Source of the DNA: Squalus acanthias
Taxonomy: Eukaryota
Assembly (NCBI GenBank): GCA_030390025.1
Contig: CM059432.1
Span: 5,580,001-5,644,000 of the forward strand
Length of the DNA stretch: 64,000 nucleotides
Reading direction: 5' to 3'
The position numbers were made by a program, and so were the translations under genes. Below are positions 21,791 to 35,135 of the stretch, one piece after another. Positions within the stretch are counted from its first letter, which is position 1, and every line of letters starts with the position of its first letter. The notes under the pieces were generated by a model. The model was not told the DNA's origin. It saw nothing but the letters and a program-made list of their open reading frames with translations, and ran no database searches.

Positions 21791-23027
21791 CAGAGAGAGA
21801 GGGAGAGAGAGAGAGTGAGAGAGAGAGAGAGAGAGAAAGAGAAATATTTTTTGCATCCAAGTCGGAGGGGCAGTACTGAGGGAGCGCTGCACTGTCGGAC
21901 ATGCCATCTTACAGATGGAGACATTAAACCGAGGCCCCGTCTGCCCTCTCAGGTGGAGATAAAAGATCCCATGGTACTATTTCGAAGAAGAGCAGGGGAG
22001 TTCTCCCCGGTGTCCTGGGCCAATATTTATCCGTCAACCAACATCACTAAAAAACAGATTATCTGGTCATTATCACATTGCTGTTTGTGGGAGCTTGCTG
22101 TGCGCAAATTGGCTGCCACGTTTCCTACATTACAACAGTGACTGCACTTCAAAAAGTACTTCATTGGCTGTAAAGCGCTTTGGGACGTCCTGAGGTTGTG
22201 AAAGGCGCTATAGAAATGCAAGTCTTTGGAATTGTTAGGCATTTCTAGTTTTCAAAGGCCAAATATTTCTGTTAACAAATATGCAGTTGAGGTAGTTGGC
22301 TTTGTGCCATTAATTATTCATCCTTGTTAATTCAATCATAATAGTTATGTGTCTCCCTTGTCATAGCACATTAATCATAATCAGTTACAACAGATCTCCA
22401 TTGATTTACACTGACAACTTAGTGTGAAAAACAGGGTGTCTGCCACATTCATCTCTCCTCGGCTGTGATATTAAAAGTGACAACCTTTGTTGGAAGATAA
22501 TGAAAGTGCTCAGAAGTTAATGTGATCAAACCGTTTATCCCACCCCCTGTCATTTTTCTTTAAGGTCTGAAGAACAAAAATAATGGAATGGGCTTGACAA
22601 AATACTTGACATGCAATGTGCTTGCTGCATATTACAAAAAGGAAAATGTCAAACTACTTTTTCATATTATCAAAATTCTTTTGGATATGTTGTTAAACTG
22701 AGGCCCCGTCTACACTTGCAGGTGGATGTAACATATCCCACGGCAATATTCGAAGAAGAGCAAGGGAGTTCTCCCCGGTGTCCTGGCAAATATTTATCCC
22801 TCAATCAACATCATTAAAACAGATTATCTGGTCATTATCACATTGCTGTTTGTGGGACCTTGCTGTATACCAAACTATAATCTGTTTTTAGTGATGTTGG
22901 TTGAGGGATAAATATTAGCCAGGACACCAGAACTCCCCTGCTCTTCTTTGAATAGTGCTATGGGATCTTTTACATACTACCTGACCAGGGTAGACGGGGC
23001 CACAGTTTAATGTCTCACTCCAAAGAC
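21028..23027. mobile_element. Cluster of SacSINE1-like DeuSINE copies (21028-21432 -, 21868-22227 +, 22690-22866 +, 22877-23027 -) with a GA microsatellite at 21746-21843
   Basis: Deu-domain motif TTAAACCGAGGCCCCGTC..AAAAGATCCCATGG..CCCCGGTGTCCTGG; L2-like tail AAAGGCGCTATA.AAATGCAAG. Confidence 0.85.
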
Positions 23028-23030
23028 TGC

Positions 23031-23216
23031 AGGGGTGAAATTCGACTTGGGTGGAGCTACAAAACGAGCGGTATTGCATCGACCACCCGTTAGACTCCCC
23101 GTCTGGTATTGAGTTCCGCTGACCTCGATCGGACTGGATATCAGGTGGAGCGTGTAACAGGCGACTGATGCAATACCGCCCGTTTTGCATTTCAGTCCCA
23201 GTCGAATTTCACCCTC
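23031..23216. mobile_element. Approximately 185-bp MITE inserted in a DeuSINE
   Basis: TIRs GGGTGAAATTCGACT / AGTCGAATTTCACCC; TGC on both flanks. Confidence 0.75.
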
Positions 23217-23248
23217 TGCATGTTTTACAAAGTAACAGTCCGTCACCA

Positions 23249-24210
23249 CTGCCCCTCCGACAGTGCAGCACTCCCTCAGTACTGCCCCACCTGACAGTGT
23301 AGCACTCCCTCAGTACTGCCCCACCTGACAGTGTAGCACTCCCTTAGTACTGCCCCTCCAACAGTGCAGCGCTCCCTCAGTACTGCCCCTCCAACAGTGC
23401 AGCGCTCCCTCAGTACTGCACCTCCAACAGTGTAGTGCTCACTCAGAACTGCCCCTCCAACAGTACAGTGTTCCCTCAGTACTGCCGCTCCAACAATGCT
23501 GCATTCCCTCAGTACTGCCCCTCCGACAGTGCAGCATTCCCTCAGTACTGCCCCTCCGACAGTGCAGCACTCCCTCAGTACTGCCCCTCCGACAGTGCGG
23601 CGCTCCCTCAGTACTGCCCCTCCGACAGTGCAGCGCTCCCTCAGTACTGCCCCTCTGACAGTGCAGCGCTCCCTCAGTACTGCCCCTCCGACAGTGCAGC
23701 GCTCCCTCAGTACTGCCCCTCCGACAGTGCAGCGCTCCCTCAGTACTGCCCCTCTGACAGTGCAGCGCTCCCTCAGTACTGCCCCTCCGACAGTGTAGCA
23801 CTCCCTCAGTACTGCCCCTCCGACAGTGCAGCGCTCCCTCAGTACTGCCCCTCCGACAGTGCAGCGCTCCCTCAGTACTGCCCCTCTGACAGTGCAGCGC
23901 TCCCTCAGTACTGCCCCTCCGACAGTGCAGCACTCCCTCAGTACTGCCCCTCCGACAGTGCGGCGCTCCCTCAGTACTGCCCCTCCAACAGTGCAGCGCT
24001 CCCTCAGTACTGCCCCTCTGACAGTGCAGCGCTCCCTCAGTACTGCCCCTCCGACAGTGCAGCACTCCCTCAGTACTGCCCCTCCGTCAGTGCAGCACTC
24101 CCTCAGTACTCCCCCTCCGACAGTGCAGCGCTCCCTCAGTACTGCCCCTCCGACAGTGCGGCGCTCCCTCAGTACTCCCCCTCCGACAGTGCAGTGTTCC
24201 CTCAGTACTG
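23249..24210. repeat. 33-bp minisatellite (about 29 copies) derived from a DeuSINE segment
   Basis: Unit CAGTACTGCCCCTCCGACAGTGCAGCGCTCCCT is the reverse complement of the SINE segment seen at 24930-24960. Confidence 0.95.
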
Positions 24211-24828
24211 CATGGTCAGTCTCGATTATGTGCTTGTCTTGTGAATAACAAACAATTAAGAAGCACACAGTACTTACATATTATTTACACAGAATTACAC
24301 AGAATTTTAAGGCACTGAAACTGGCCATTCGGCCCGACAGGTCTATGCCGGTGTTTATGCTCCACTCGAGCCTCCTCCCACCCTCCTTCATCTCACTCTA
24401 TCAACATATCCTTCTATTCCTTTCTCCCTCATGTGTTTATCCAGCTTCCTCTTAAATGCATCTGTGCTATTCGCCTCAACCACTCCCTGTGGTAGCGAGT
24501 TCCACATTCTCACCACTTTCTGGGTAAAGAAGTTACTCCTGAATTCCCTATTGGATTTATTAGTGACTATTTCATTAAAATCACGGGGAGGTGGAGGGCG
24601 CGATTTCGCGAAGCTAACGGAGGAGCGGCGCTAATCGTCCAGCGATTTGTGGCGATTCACCATTCACGGGGTATCTCCGCCTCGCCACAAGTTGCTGGCC
24701 GATTTCAGCGCTAATAACGCCGTGCGTCATTCAGATGCTGTTATTGTTTCAGCAAAATTTGACTCCTTATGTTTATGGCCCATAGTTTTGGACACCCTCC
24801 ACAAGTAAAAACATCTTCTCTATCATCC

Positions 24829-25250
24829 ACAGCTGTGGCTCAGTGGGTAGCACTCTGAGTCAGAAGGTTGTGGGTTCAAGTCCCACTCCAGGGACTTAAG
24901 CACAAAAATCCTAGGCTGACACTCCAGTGTAGTACTGAGGGAGTGCTGCACTGTCAGAGGTGCCGTCTTTCCGATGAGACGTTAAACCGAGGCCCCGTCT
25001 GCTCTCTCAGGTGGATGTAAAAGATCCCATGGCCACTATTTTGAAGAAGAGCAGGGGAGTTATCCCCAGTGTCCTGGGCAATATTTATCACTCAATCAAC
25101 ATCACAAAAAAAACCAGATTATCTGGTCATTATCACATTGCTGTTTGTGGGAGCTTGCTGTGCGCAAATTGGCTGCCGAGTTTCCTACATTACAACAGTG
25201 ACTACACTTCAAAAAGTACTTCATTCGCTGTAAAACGCTTTGAGATGTCT
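24829..25250 (+). mobile_element. Full-length SacSINE1-like DeuSINE; others at 26367-26836 (-), 29730-30196 (-), 31645-32045 (+), 44904-46153 (+, interrupted), 56160-56617 (-)
   Basis: tRNA head TGTGGCTCAGTGGGTAGC..GGTTCAAGTCCC, Deu domain, L2-like tail. Confidence 0.88.
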
Positions 25251-25841
25251 GGTCTTCTTTTAATCGTGTCCCCTATGGAACCAAGGAGTAACCGTATGGA
25301 AGGTCTTTGATTCTGACAGAACACAGGATGATGGTTAAAACTAAAGAGGGGACATGGCAGCATCGTAAGTAAAATCCTGACCAGGGACTGGGCTGCCCTC
25401 CTATTCTGCGGCTCTTTCCCTCACGGTCCATTATCACTCAGAGGCAATGTAAATCAATCCATCTTTAGTCAGGCGGATTACACCCTGCTCATATGGCAAC
25501 CGATCACAACACAGTGCACATCGCTGTGTCTTCACTGGAGCGGAAACAAGGTTAATGGGGGATAAAGTTGTCCGGCTTTTAAGAAAACAAGTTAGTTGTT
25601 TCACCGCCTTGCCCCGAGCTGGTGAGCAATTCCCATTTGCTGCTTGCTCTCCCAGGTGCAGTGCAGAGCGAGCGTGCGAGAGAGAGAGAGACAGAGAGAG
25701 ACAGAGAGGGAACACCCGGTGCCTTCTTCTTGAAGTTTAACTTACTTTTTGCTGCCAATCTGAATCCTTCGGACCGATTTTTTTTCCCCCCCTGGTGGAT
25801 TTTTTTTTGCTGTGTTACAGACTGTTTTTGGAGCAGGCTCG

Positions 25842-25932
25842 ATGGGTTGTTCAAGCAGCACACAAACCCAGCTACAGGATAGTAACAGACCGAGCTCCAG
25901 ACTGGAGGAGAGAAATGGAGCCAGCAAATGTG
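25842..25932 (+). CDS. ERICH5: Glutamate-rich protein 5-like, coding exon 1 (MGCSSSTQTQLQDSNRPSSRLEERNGASKC), phase-1 donor
   Basis: ATG at 25842 gives MGCSSS, matching the recalled human ERICH5 N-terminus (myristoylation/palmitoylation-type motif). Donor GTGAGT at 25933. Unique, non-repetitive sequence divergent from RPL30. Confidence 0.85.
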
Positions 25933-28900
25933 GTGAGTGCTGCCCCTCAGATAGACTTACCCGAGCTCAGGGTGACCAATAAACCAAACACTCTGGCTTC
26001 CTATATTAACACCACTTAGATCTTATAGTTACTCTGGCTCCACAATATATATATTTTATGCTTGTGGTGAAATTTTTTTTTTAAATACAACGTTTGCGTA
26101 GTTGTTGAATGTCATGATTTTTCCGCTTTTTGAGTTCTAAAGAAGGCTCTTTTAAAATTTTCTCTTCTGGAGTTTGTTGATCAGTTAAATGAATCTGGTC
26201 CCCTATTCAGAGCCGGGGTTTGGGGTGGGGGAGTACTTTCAGCTGCATCAGAAAGAAGAGATGAACAGATCACTGACAGCTGGGAGAGAAAGAAACAGGC
26301 CGCTGAGTGTAAACAGAAAACCTCGCTGAGCGCAGAGAGAGATCCCATACCACTCGGAGAGAAAGGAAGACTCGCATTTATATCGCGCCTTTCACGACCT
26401 CAGGATGTCCCAAAGCGCTTTACAACCAATGAAGTACTTTTGAAGTGTAGTCATTGTTGTAATGTAGGAAACGTGGCAGCCAATTTGCACACAGAAAGGT
26501 CCCACACACAGCAATGAGATAATGACTAGATAATCTGTTTTAGTGGTGTTGATTGAGGGATAAATATTGGCCAGGACACTGGGGATAACTTCCCCTGCTC
26601 TTCTTCAAAATAGTGGCCCTGGGATCTTTTACGTCCCCCTGAGAGAGCAGAGAGGATGGGGCCTCGGTTTAACATCTCATCCGAAAGACAGCACCTCTGA
26701 CAGTGCAGCACTACCTCAGCCCTGCACAGGGAGTGCCAGCCTGGATTTTTGTGCTCAAGTCTCTGGAGTGGGAATTGAACCGCACAACCTTCTGACTCAG
26801 AGGCAGGCGTGCTACTCACTGAGCCACGGCTGACACCAAGCAAGACAGGAGATCCCTGAAGAGAGAATCAGATCTCCGAGTGCTGAGAAACAGATCCCTG
26901 ATCACAGAGAGGAGCAGACCATTCCGCACAGAGCGAGAGAAAAATTGATCACATTGGGTGCTGTACAAGCAGATTATGGAGGATAGACACATTATTCAGA
27001 GTCTAGAACTAGGGGGCATAGTCTCGGGATAAGGGGTCGGCCATTTCGGACTGAGATGAGAAATTTCTTCACTCAGAGGGTTGTGAATCTTTGGAATTCT
27101 CTATCCTACAGGGCTGTGGATGCTGAGTCGTTGAGTATATTCAAGGCTGAGATTGATAGACTTTTGGACTCTCGGGGAATCAAGGGATATGGAGATCGGG
27201 CGGGAAAGTGGAGTTGAGGTCAAGGATCAGCCATGGGGTTATGGGGATAGGATGGGATATGTTAGGGGGAATTAAATACGTGGGGTTACGGGGGTAGGGT
27301 GGGATATGTGTACTGTGGGGATTAAAGCAGGGACAGGGTACTGGATTTGAATGATCAGCCATGATCGTATTGAATGGTGGAGCAGGCTCGACGGGCCGAA
27401 TGGCCTACTCCTGCTCCTAGATTCTATGTTTCTATGTTTCTATGATCTTATTGAATGGCGGAGCAGGCTCGAGGGTCCGTATGGCCTACTCCTGCTCCTA
27501 ATTCTTATGATTGCTAAATTCATAGATTGATCATTGAGTAAGGAGAGAGAGAGAGAGAGAGGGGGGGGGAAGGAGCGATCAATGACTGATTAAAGAGACT
27601 GCGAGAACAGAGCAAGGTATGGGGGAGACTGATGAATACAAAAATACAACAAATCATAGATTGAAAAGCAATATTCAGTCCTGTGAGCCCATTCTATCCA
27701 CAAGCCACATACAATCCATTTTATCATGGACTGTGTCCGAACCCATTTAATCTTCTGAGGAAAGGTTTTGTAAAGGTTATCCCCTCCAGTAAATCAAACA
27801 GATACTGCAGAATACCTGCCTAACATAACATTAGATATTCTGGACCAGAAGCCCTACTTGACATGACGTTGTCAAGAATAGAGTAGAAGGATATGCTGAT
27901 AGAGTGAGATGAAGAGGGCTGGGAGGAAGCTCGAGTGGAGCTTAAACACCGGCACGGACCTGTTGGGTCGAATAGCAATGAAACTCTTTTGCGCATCCCC
28001 GATTATCACCGCTCCAGCATTGGCAGCCGTGCCTTCAGCTGCTTAGGCCCTAAACCCTGGAATCCCCTCCCTAAATCCCTTCCCACATTACCACAGTGAC
28101 TACACTTCAAAAGTACTTCATTGGCTGTAAAGCACTTTGGGATGTCCTGAGGTCGTGAAAGTCGCTGTAGAAATGCAGGTCTTTATTAAACCTCTCCGTC
28201 TCTCTACTTCTCTTCTTCAGCTGCCAAGGCCCTAAGCTCTGGAATTCCCTCCCTAAACCTCTCTGTCTCTCCACTTCTCTCTCCTCCTTGAAGAGGCTCC
28301 TTAAAATCTACCTCTTTGACGAAGCTTTTGGTTGCCTGTCCTAATATCTCCTTATGTGCCAAATTTTGTTTGATAATCGCTCCTGTGACGATTTTACTAT
28401 GTTAAAGGCGCTATATAAATGCAAGTTGTTGTTGTTGTTATCTCAGTAGCTCAGGATGGAAAGGATAGGGATCAAAGAGAGAGAATATTAAGCATGTTTA
28501 CCTGAGAGGGCAAACAGGGCCTTAGTTTAACGTCTCATCCGCAAGTGGAAACATCTTCTCTACGTCTACCCTGTCAAACCCTATCATAATCTTAAAGACC
28601 TCTGCCAGGCCACCCCCTAGTCTTCTCTTTTATTGTGTGGTGCTTTTAACCACAAGGCCGTCGCTTTCTGAGATTATGGTCATTGTAATGTTGAATTGCG
28701 ATTACTTCAAGGCTGCTAACCATTGACTTGCATCAGCTATTTCTAATGGCAAGTTGGACAGAAATCCCTCTATTTCCCCGATTTCACAGAAATAATACCT
28801 ACAAGGTTGCTGAAAGTGCGAGATGATAATGGCACAACAAGGCATCTGGGACCTGAGTGAACAGGGCAAGCAACTGTGTATCTCCTGAACCAACGAGATT

Positions 28901-30745
28901 GAAGGATTGGGAAGTAAACAGCGGAAGGAACTGAGAAGGAGGGTGAATTAAAGTGGGTGAATTCAATGCCAAATCAGGCACAGAAATAAAGAGAGGGAAA
29001 GACGGAATCAAGAGAGAGGGGAAAAGAGAGACAGAAGGGAAAAAGTAAGAAAATAAAACGTAAAATTTAACATTTTTAAAATCTGCCCGAAAAATTCAAA
29101 AGCTGAAGGAATGAGACTCCACACTTGTAAATAGTTAATTTCCTGTGCTCGAGAGGTTGCTTGGCAGTCAGTAACAATCAACTCGTCGTTAAAAGGGTAC
29201 TTACGGTTGTAATGACAAGACTTATCTTTCTGTAGTGAGTTTAACGGGCATTTAATGGACAAATACAGCAAGCTCCTAAAAAAAAAAACGGTGAGGCTAA
29301 GGGTGAGGTGTCGTTTTCGCGAAGCTAACGGCAACTTGTGGATTTCCACATTTAACCGCGCATCTGAAGTTGCTGTACCATTTACCCTTAAATAACGGCG
29401 AGCGCCATTAGCCTCACTGTTACTTTGACAGCAAAATCGGGCCCAATTTTTCTTCCCATCCCTACGCTCGAATACTCGAAGGGCCTGTGGACATTCGCTG
29501 TCTGGGTTCACCAAGGAGGAGTGACCCCTCAGTTGAGGTACTGGCACTGGCTCTGGTGCTTGCGGAATCATACCCCACAATATGTTATCATCTTCCGGGG
29601 GCGGGGGGGGGGGGGGGGTGGGGGAAGAGAAAACAACAACACCTTGCATATTAGGACAGGGGAGGTAGGTTTTAAGGAGCGTCTTAAAGGAGGAGAGAGA
29701 GGTAGAGACACGAGGAGGTTTAAAAGAAAGAATTCCATTTATATAGCACCTTTCAGGACCACCAGACGTCCCAAAGCACTTTCCAGCCAATGAAGTACTA
29801 TTTTGAAGTGCAGTCACTGTTGTTATGTTGGAAACACAGCAGCCAATTTGCACACAGCAAGCTCCCACAACCAGCAATGTGATAATAACCAGATAATCTG
29901 TTTTTAGTATTGTTGATTGAAAGATAAATATTGGCCAGGACACCAGGGATAACTCCCCTGCTGTTCTTCGAAATAGTGACCGTGGGATCTTTTACGTCCA
30001 CCCGAGAAAGCAGACAGGGGCCTCAGTTTTAATGTCTCATCCGAAACGTAGCACCTCTGACAGTGCAGCATTCCCTCAGTACTAGCACTGGAGTGTCAAC
30101 CTGGATTTTTGTGCTCAAGTCTCTGGGGTGGGATTTGAACCCACAACCTTCTGACCCAGAGGTGATGGGTGCTACCAACTGAGCCACAGCTAACACAACT
30201 TAGGGAGGGAATTCCAGAGTTCAGGGCCTAGGCAGCAGAAGGCACAGCCGCCAATGGTGGAGCGATTGAAATCGTGGATGCGCAAGAGGCCAGGATTGGA
30301 GGAGCACATATATCTCGGGGGGTTGTAGGGCTTGAGGAGGTTACAGAGCTAGGGAGGGGCGAGGCCATGGAGGGATTTTAAAACAAGGATGTGAATTTTA
30401 AAACTGGAAAAAAAAAAATTTGTACACCTGAGCATTTGACAAGAGGTGCAGAATGGTTGAAATTTATAAAATCCAATTCTGAAACCAATTACAACAGTGA
30501 CTACATTTCAAAAGTACTTCATTGCCGGAAAAGTGCTTTGGAATGTTCTGAGGTCTTCTTTAAAGCTCTCCGCCTCGCTACTGAAAATATACTGATACAC
30601 TGAAGAAATAGACGAGAAAATATAATTTTTTAAAAGGTTCCCATGTTTCTGCATCTTCCTGAGTCAAAAAAATTCAAAATGTTGGTGTTCTACAGTGCCA
30701 TTAATTAATAAGGTCACATTTATTGCCTATCCTTAGCTACCCTAC

Positions 30746-31455
30746 TGGGTGTCCTTGTACATGAGTCACTGAAAGTGAATGTGCAGGTGCAGCAAGCCAT
30801 TAGAAAGGCAAATGGTATGCTGGCCTTCATTACAAGAGGATTTGAGTACAGGAGTAAAGAAGTCTTACTCCAATTATATAGGGCCTTGGTGAGACCACAC
30901 CTGGAGTACTGTGTACAATTTTGGTCTCCCTACCTAAGGAAGGATATACTTGCCATAGAGGGAGTGCAACAAAGGTTCACAAGATTGATTCCTGGGATGG
31001 CGGGACTGTCGTATGAGAAGAGATTGAGTAAACTAGGCCTGTATTCTCTTGAATTAAGAAGAATGAGAGGGGATCTCATTGAAGCATACAAAATTATTAC
31101 AGGGCTTGATAGGGTGGATGCTGGGAGAATGTTTCCCTTGGCTGGGGAGTCTAGAACCAGGGGCCACAGCCTCAGGATAAAGGGCTCGGCCATTCAGGAC
31201 TGAGATGATAAAAAATTTCTTCACACAGAGGGTGGTGAATCTTTGGAATTCTCTACCCGAGGGCTGTGGAGGCTCAATCATTGGGTACATTCAAAACAGA
31301 AGTCGATAGATTTCTGACTAGTAAGGGCATCAAGGGATATTGCGATAGGTCCGGTGAATGGAGTTGAGGCAGAAGATCAGCCATGATCTCATTGAATGGC
31401 GGAGCAGGCTCGAAGGGCCGAATGGCCTACTCCTGCTCCTATTTCTTATGTTCTT
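30746..31455 (+). mobile_element. CR1 3' fragment
   Basis: RPHLEYCVQFWSP..RRMRGDLIE and HER1-like tail. Confidence 0.9.
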
Positions 31456-32084
31456 ATTAAGAGTCAGTCATATACTGTGGGACTGCAATCACACATCGGC
31501 CAGAGCAGGTAGGCGCCCGCCCCTAAAAGAATTCAGTGAATCCAGCCTCTTTCATGGTCAACTTTTCTGGTGCTAACCCACAAATTAGAAAGAAAGATAG
31601 AAAGAACGTGTAGTCACTGTTGTAATGTAGAAAACCAGGTTTATTCAGAGACTTGAGCACAAAAATCTAGGCTGACACTCCCAGTGCAGTACTGAGGGAG
31701 TGCTGCACTGTCGAAGGTGCCGTCTTTCGGATGAGACGTTAAACCGAGGTCCCGTCTGCTCTCTCAGGTGGACATAAAAGATCCCACGGCCACTATTTCG
31801 AATAAGAGCAGGGTAGTTCTCTCCGTTGTCCTGGCCAATATTTATCTCTGGATCAGCATCACTAAAACAGATTATCTGGTCATTATCACATTGCTGTTTG
31901 TGGGATCTCGCTGTGCACAAATTGTCTGCCGCGTTTCCTACATTACAACAGTGACTCCACTTAAGTACTTCATTGGCTGTAAAGCGCTTTGGGACGTTCG
32001 GTGGTCGTGAAAGGCGCTGGAGAAATGCAAGACTTTCTTTCTTTCAATTTCACAATTCGCTATGGTAGGGTTTAAAAACATAAT

Positions 32085-32999
32085 GGGCTGGAATTTCCAG
32101 TGGGTGATAACAGCGAACAAACAGCGTTCGCCGTTATTATCCCTTTGAAACTGACCACAACTTCAGGATTTAGCGCTTGCGCATCCTAACGCGGAAATCC
32201 TGAAGTTGCGGTCAGTCATTCACTGGCTGCGCTGTGACCACGACTCCAACCCCCCCCGCACTCCTCCCCCCCACCCCACTCACCGCCCCCCCCATAGCCG
32301 GCAATCAGAGAAATGACTGAAACTGACGAAAACTTGGGCTTTTCCGCGGTAATATCGCTCTTAAATACCCCGTTAAATGTTAAGTCTTGTTGGAATAAGA
32401 AAGAAAGAAAGACTTGCATTTATATGGCGCCTTTCACGACCACCGGACGTCCCAAAGCGTTTTACAACCAATGAAGTACTTTTGAAGTGTAGTCACTGTT
32501 GTAATGTAGGAATAGTGTAACTGGGGGTTTAATAGTGTATTGACTGCTAAACAAAAGCTATGGCCCTGAAAAGCTAATTTTTATATTTGTGGAGTGTCAA
32601 ATTTCTCCATTATGATAAACAATACAATTTTTAAAAACTTAAAACAATTTTTTTTTTTTAAAGTTTGTTCATGATATTTCAGGTTCTGCCTTATCCCCAT
32701 GTAAGAGTCCCAATCTTTGTTCCGCTCCCTGTAACATTTTTAAAAAGTCGGGATAACAGCAGGTTCTCATTTCCTGGTTCCCGGTCTGTGAGAATTCTGC
32801 GTCATGATTGGCTGCTTAGAAAGCTTGTTGACGTCACAGCAGATCGCGCGAGGGAATTCCCACTACAGAGCGCTGAAATCAACTGAACGTCATAAAAGGC
32901 AAACTTCTCGCCACATAGATCGCGAGATCTTTCTGGGCGGCTTTCTTCGGGGCCGGCAGCGAGTGCCTTTGCATTGCCGCTGACCACAAATTGCGGGCC
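32085..32999. mobile_element. MITE family B, 3-bp TSD AAT, with inserted SINE tail
   Basis: GGGCTGGAATT / AATTGCGGGCC ends; AAT on both flanks; homologous in reverse orientation to 48120-49784. Confidence 0.75.
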
Positions 33000-33022
33000 A
33001 ATATCTAGTTACTAATTAAAGA

Positions 33023-33268
33023 AGCATCCGGGAAGGCGCCGAACACCTCGAGTCTCTTTGCCGGGAGCAAGCGGAAGCCAAGCGCAAGCAGCGGAAGGAG
33101 CGCACGTCAACCCAAGCACCCCACCCACGCGCCCCTTCAACCACCGTCTGCACCACCTGTGACAGAGACTGTAGGTCCCGCATTGGACTCATCAGTCACC
33201 TGCAAACTCATTTTTAATGTGGGAGCAAGTCATCCTCGGTTCCGAGGGACTGCCTAAGAAGAGAAGAG
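33023..33268 (+). mobile_element. RTE 3' fragment
   Basis: Matches the reverse complement of about 19770-20007. Confidence 0.88.
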
Positions 33269-33814
33269 ACTAATTCAGTACCATGACCATTATGTACCCA
33301 TTATATTACGATCCCCTTGCCCAATGGAGTATGAGAGGCCTGTAATAAAGCAATGTTTGTCTCAGGAAATCACATATTTGCACACCTACGTATTATTAAA
33401 AGCCTTTTTTGTATGCACGCGCTTCCCGAGCACAAACATTACTACCTATTTCAACAATTTTTAGTAATGTTTGCATGTCAACATTTAGCATTTAAATTTT
33501 CTGTGTAAACAATTATAATGGGGCCTTCCAACGTAAACATTAACTAATCATAGTTTGTTGATGAGCCAATGAAATCACTCAAAATACTTCTTGGAAAAAA
33601 GATCCACCGCCATTTTGTCCAGTGACTGAAATTTATAATCTCGAAAATAAGTTTTTAACAGAATCAAATATTAAAAAAATGACATGTTTCACAATAACAT
33701 GATTAAATTGACCAATTAAGTTGTCTTTTGTGTCTTGACGCCTCGTTTGTATAGGTTGACAGAACCACGTTTTCCTTCCAATGTGCACTTTACACTTGCC
33801 CATATTAAAAAAAC

Positions 33815-34265
33815 AATCCTCCAATTCTGGTCTCTTACGCATCCCCGATTTCCATCGCTCCACCATTAAAATCTCATCCTTGTTTTCAAATCCCTCCGTG
33901 GCCTCGCCCCTCCCTATCTCTGTAACCTTCTCCAGCTCCACAACTCTCAGATCCCCGCGCTCCTCCAATTCTGGTCTCTTGCGCATCCCCCGATTTCCAT
34001 CGCTCCACCATTGGCGGCCGTGCCTTCAGCCGCCTGGGCCCTCAGCTCTAGAATTCCCTCCCTAAACCTCTCCGCCTCTCCACCTCTCTCTCCTCCATTA
34101 AGATGCTCTTAAAACCCACCTCTTTGACCAAGCTTTCGGACCCACCAGTCCTGACATCTCCCTATGTGGCTCGGTGTCAAATTCCTTTCTCTGATAATCG
34201 CTCCTGTGAAGCGCCTCAGGAGGTTTTCGCTACGTTAAAGGCGCTGTATAAATGCAGGCTGTTGG
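33815..34265 (+). mobile_element. L2-like LINE 3' fragments; others at about 27985-28440, 30200-30405, 41205-41828 (-), 55065-55620, 63600-63995
   Basis: SRLDYSNALLAGLP..LHWLPV..GGRAFS..PKLWNSLP motifs in the longer copies; AAAGGCGCTATATAAAT.CAAGTTGTTG tail. Confidence 0.85.
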
Positions 34266-34464
34266 TGTAACACCTTCCTTAAAGTTTTTACTTCAAGATC
34301 TCAAACTGTCTCAAAGGCTTTGATTGGCAATTCTTTCCTCAGGAAAGTTGCACAGAGCCCCTGAGTATGTGCAACATGCCTCCGAGTTAAACCAGAAAGA
34401 TGCTTCCCTTCACCCTGTGACGATGTCTGAGTTTCTAGGGGACAAATTCATTATAACTTTTAAA

Positions 34465-35135
34465 TTTAGAAAATTCGGGGATTTGCGCTCCAGGAAGGGA
34501 GTGGAGGGCTAAAGCAAGCACACCGCTTCCTTCCTGGAGCGCGACAGGCCGCGGGTGGGCGGTAGGTGTGCAGCGCTCCACACTGGGCCGTGCAGCACTG
34601 CCGCGTTGGAAGGCTCCTTCCCTCCCTTAAAGGAAGGGCCATCGCTGCAGGTTCTGCAAGGGCAAAACCTACCTGGTCCCCGACGGCAGCGGCGATCTGG
34701 CCCAATCAGCCCGACGCACTGCAGCAGAGAGCCGGGCTGATCGAGCACTGGTGAAGACAAATGGACAAAAAAAAAGAGAACGAGCATTTCAGAATTTTTT
34801 TTTTCCCCTACCTCGGCCGCCTGGCCTTTAAGTCTCGCCCCCGAAGCGCCCAGCTGCGCCCGATCAGCGCTTCCTGCAGCTGCCGGTGTTGTCGCCCGAT
34901 GATGCTGCGGGGGGGCGGAACCGAAGTTCGGGTCCGGGGCGCTACCAGGGCGATGCCGTCACGATCTCCGGGCGAAGGAGATCGGGGGCGCAACGCCGTA
35001 CCGCCGCCGCAAACCTCCCGCCGAATGTAGCGGGAGTCGATCTTCTCGCCGCGCCCGGGCGGTAAGTGCTCAGCGCCCCGTTAGCGCCCCCCGGAGGCGA
35101 TAACGGGAAGTGCTAAGGAGGCCAATTTCTAGGCC
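34465..35135. mobile_element. GC-rich MITE-like element related to family C (43563-44454)
   Basis: Right end GCGCCCCGTTAGCGCCC..AACGGGA..AATTTCTAGGCC resembles 44395-44454. Left boundary is uncertain. Confidence 0.55.

Noticed and set aside
22230..22690. Conserved enhancer in unique AT-rich DNA
   Set aside because: Homeobox-like words are present, but conservation cannot be judged without alignments.
23276..24268. Long repetitive ORFs on both strands
   Set aside because: Product of a stop-free 33-bp SINE-derived minisatellite; no gene structure.
29008..29943. 311-aa minus-strand ORF
   Set aside because: Runs across DeuSINE, L2 and MITE fragments; patchwork with no coherent domain.
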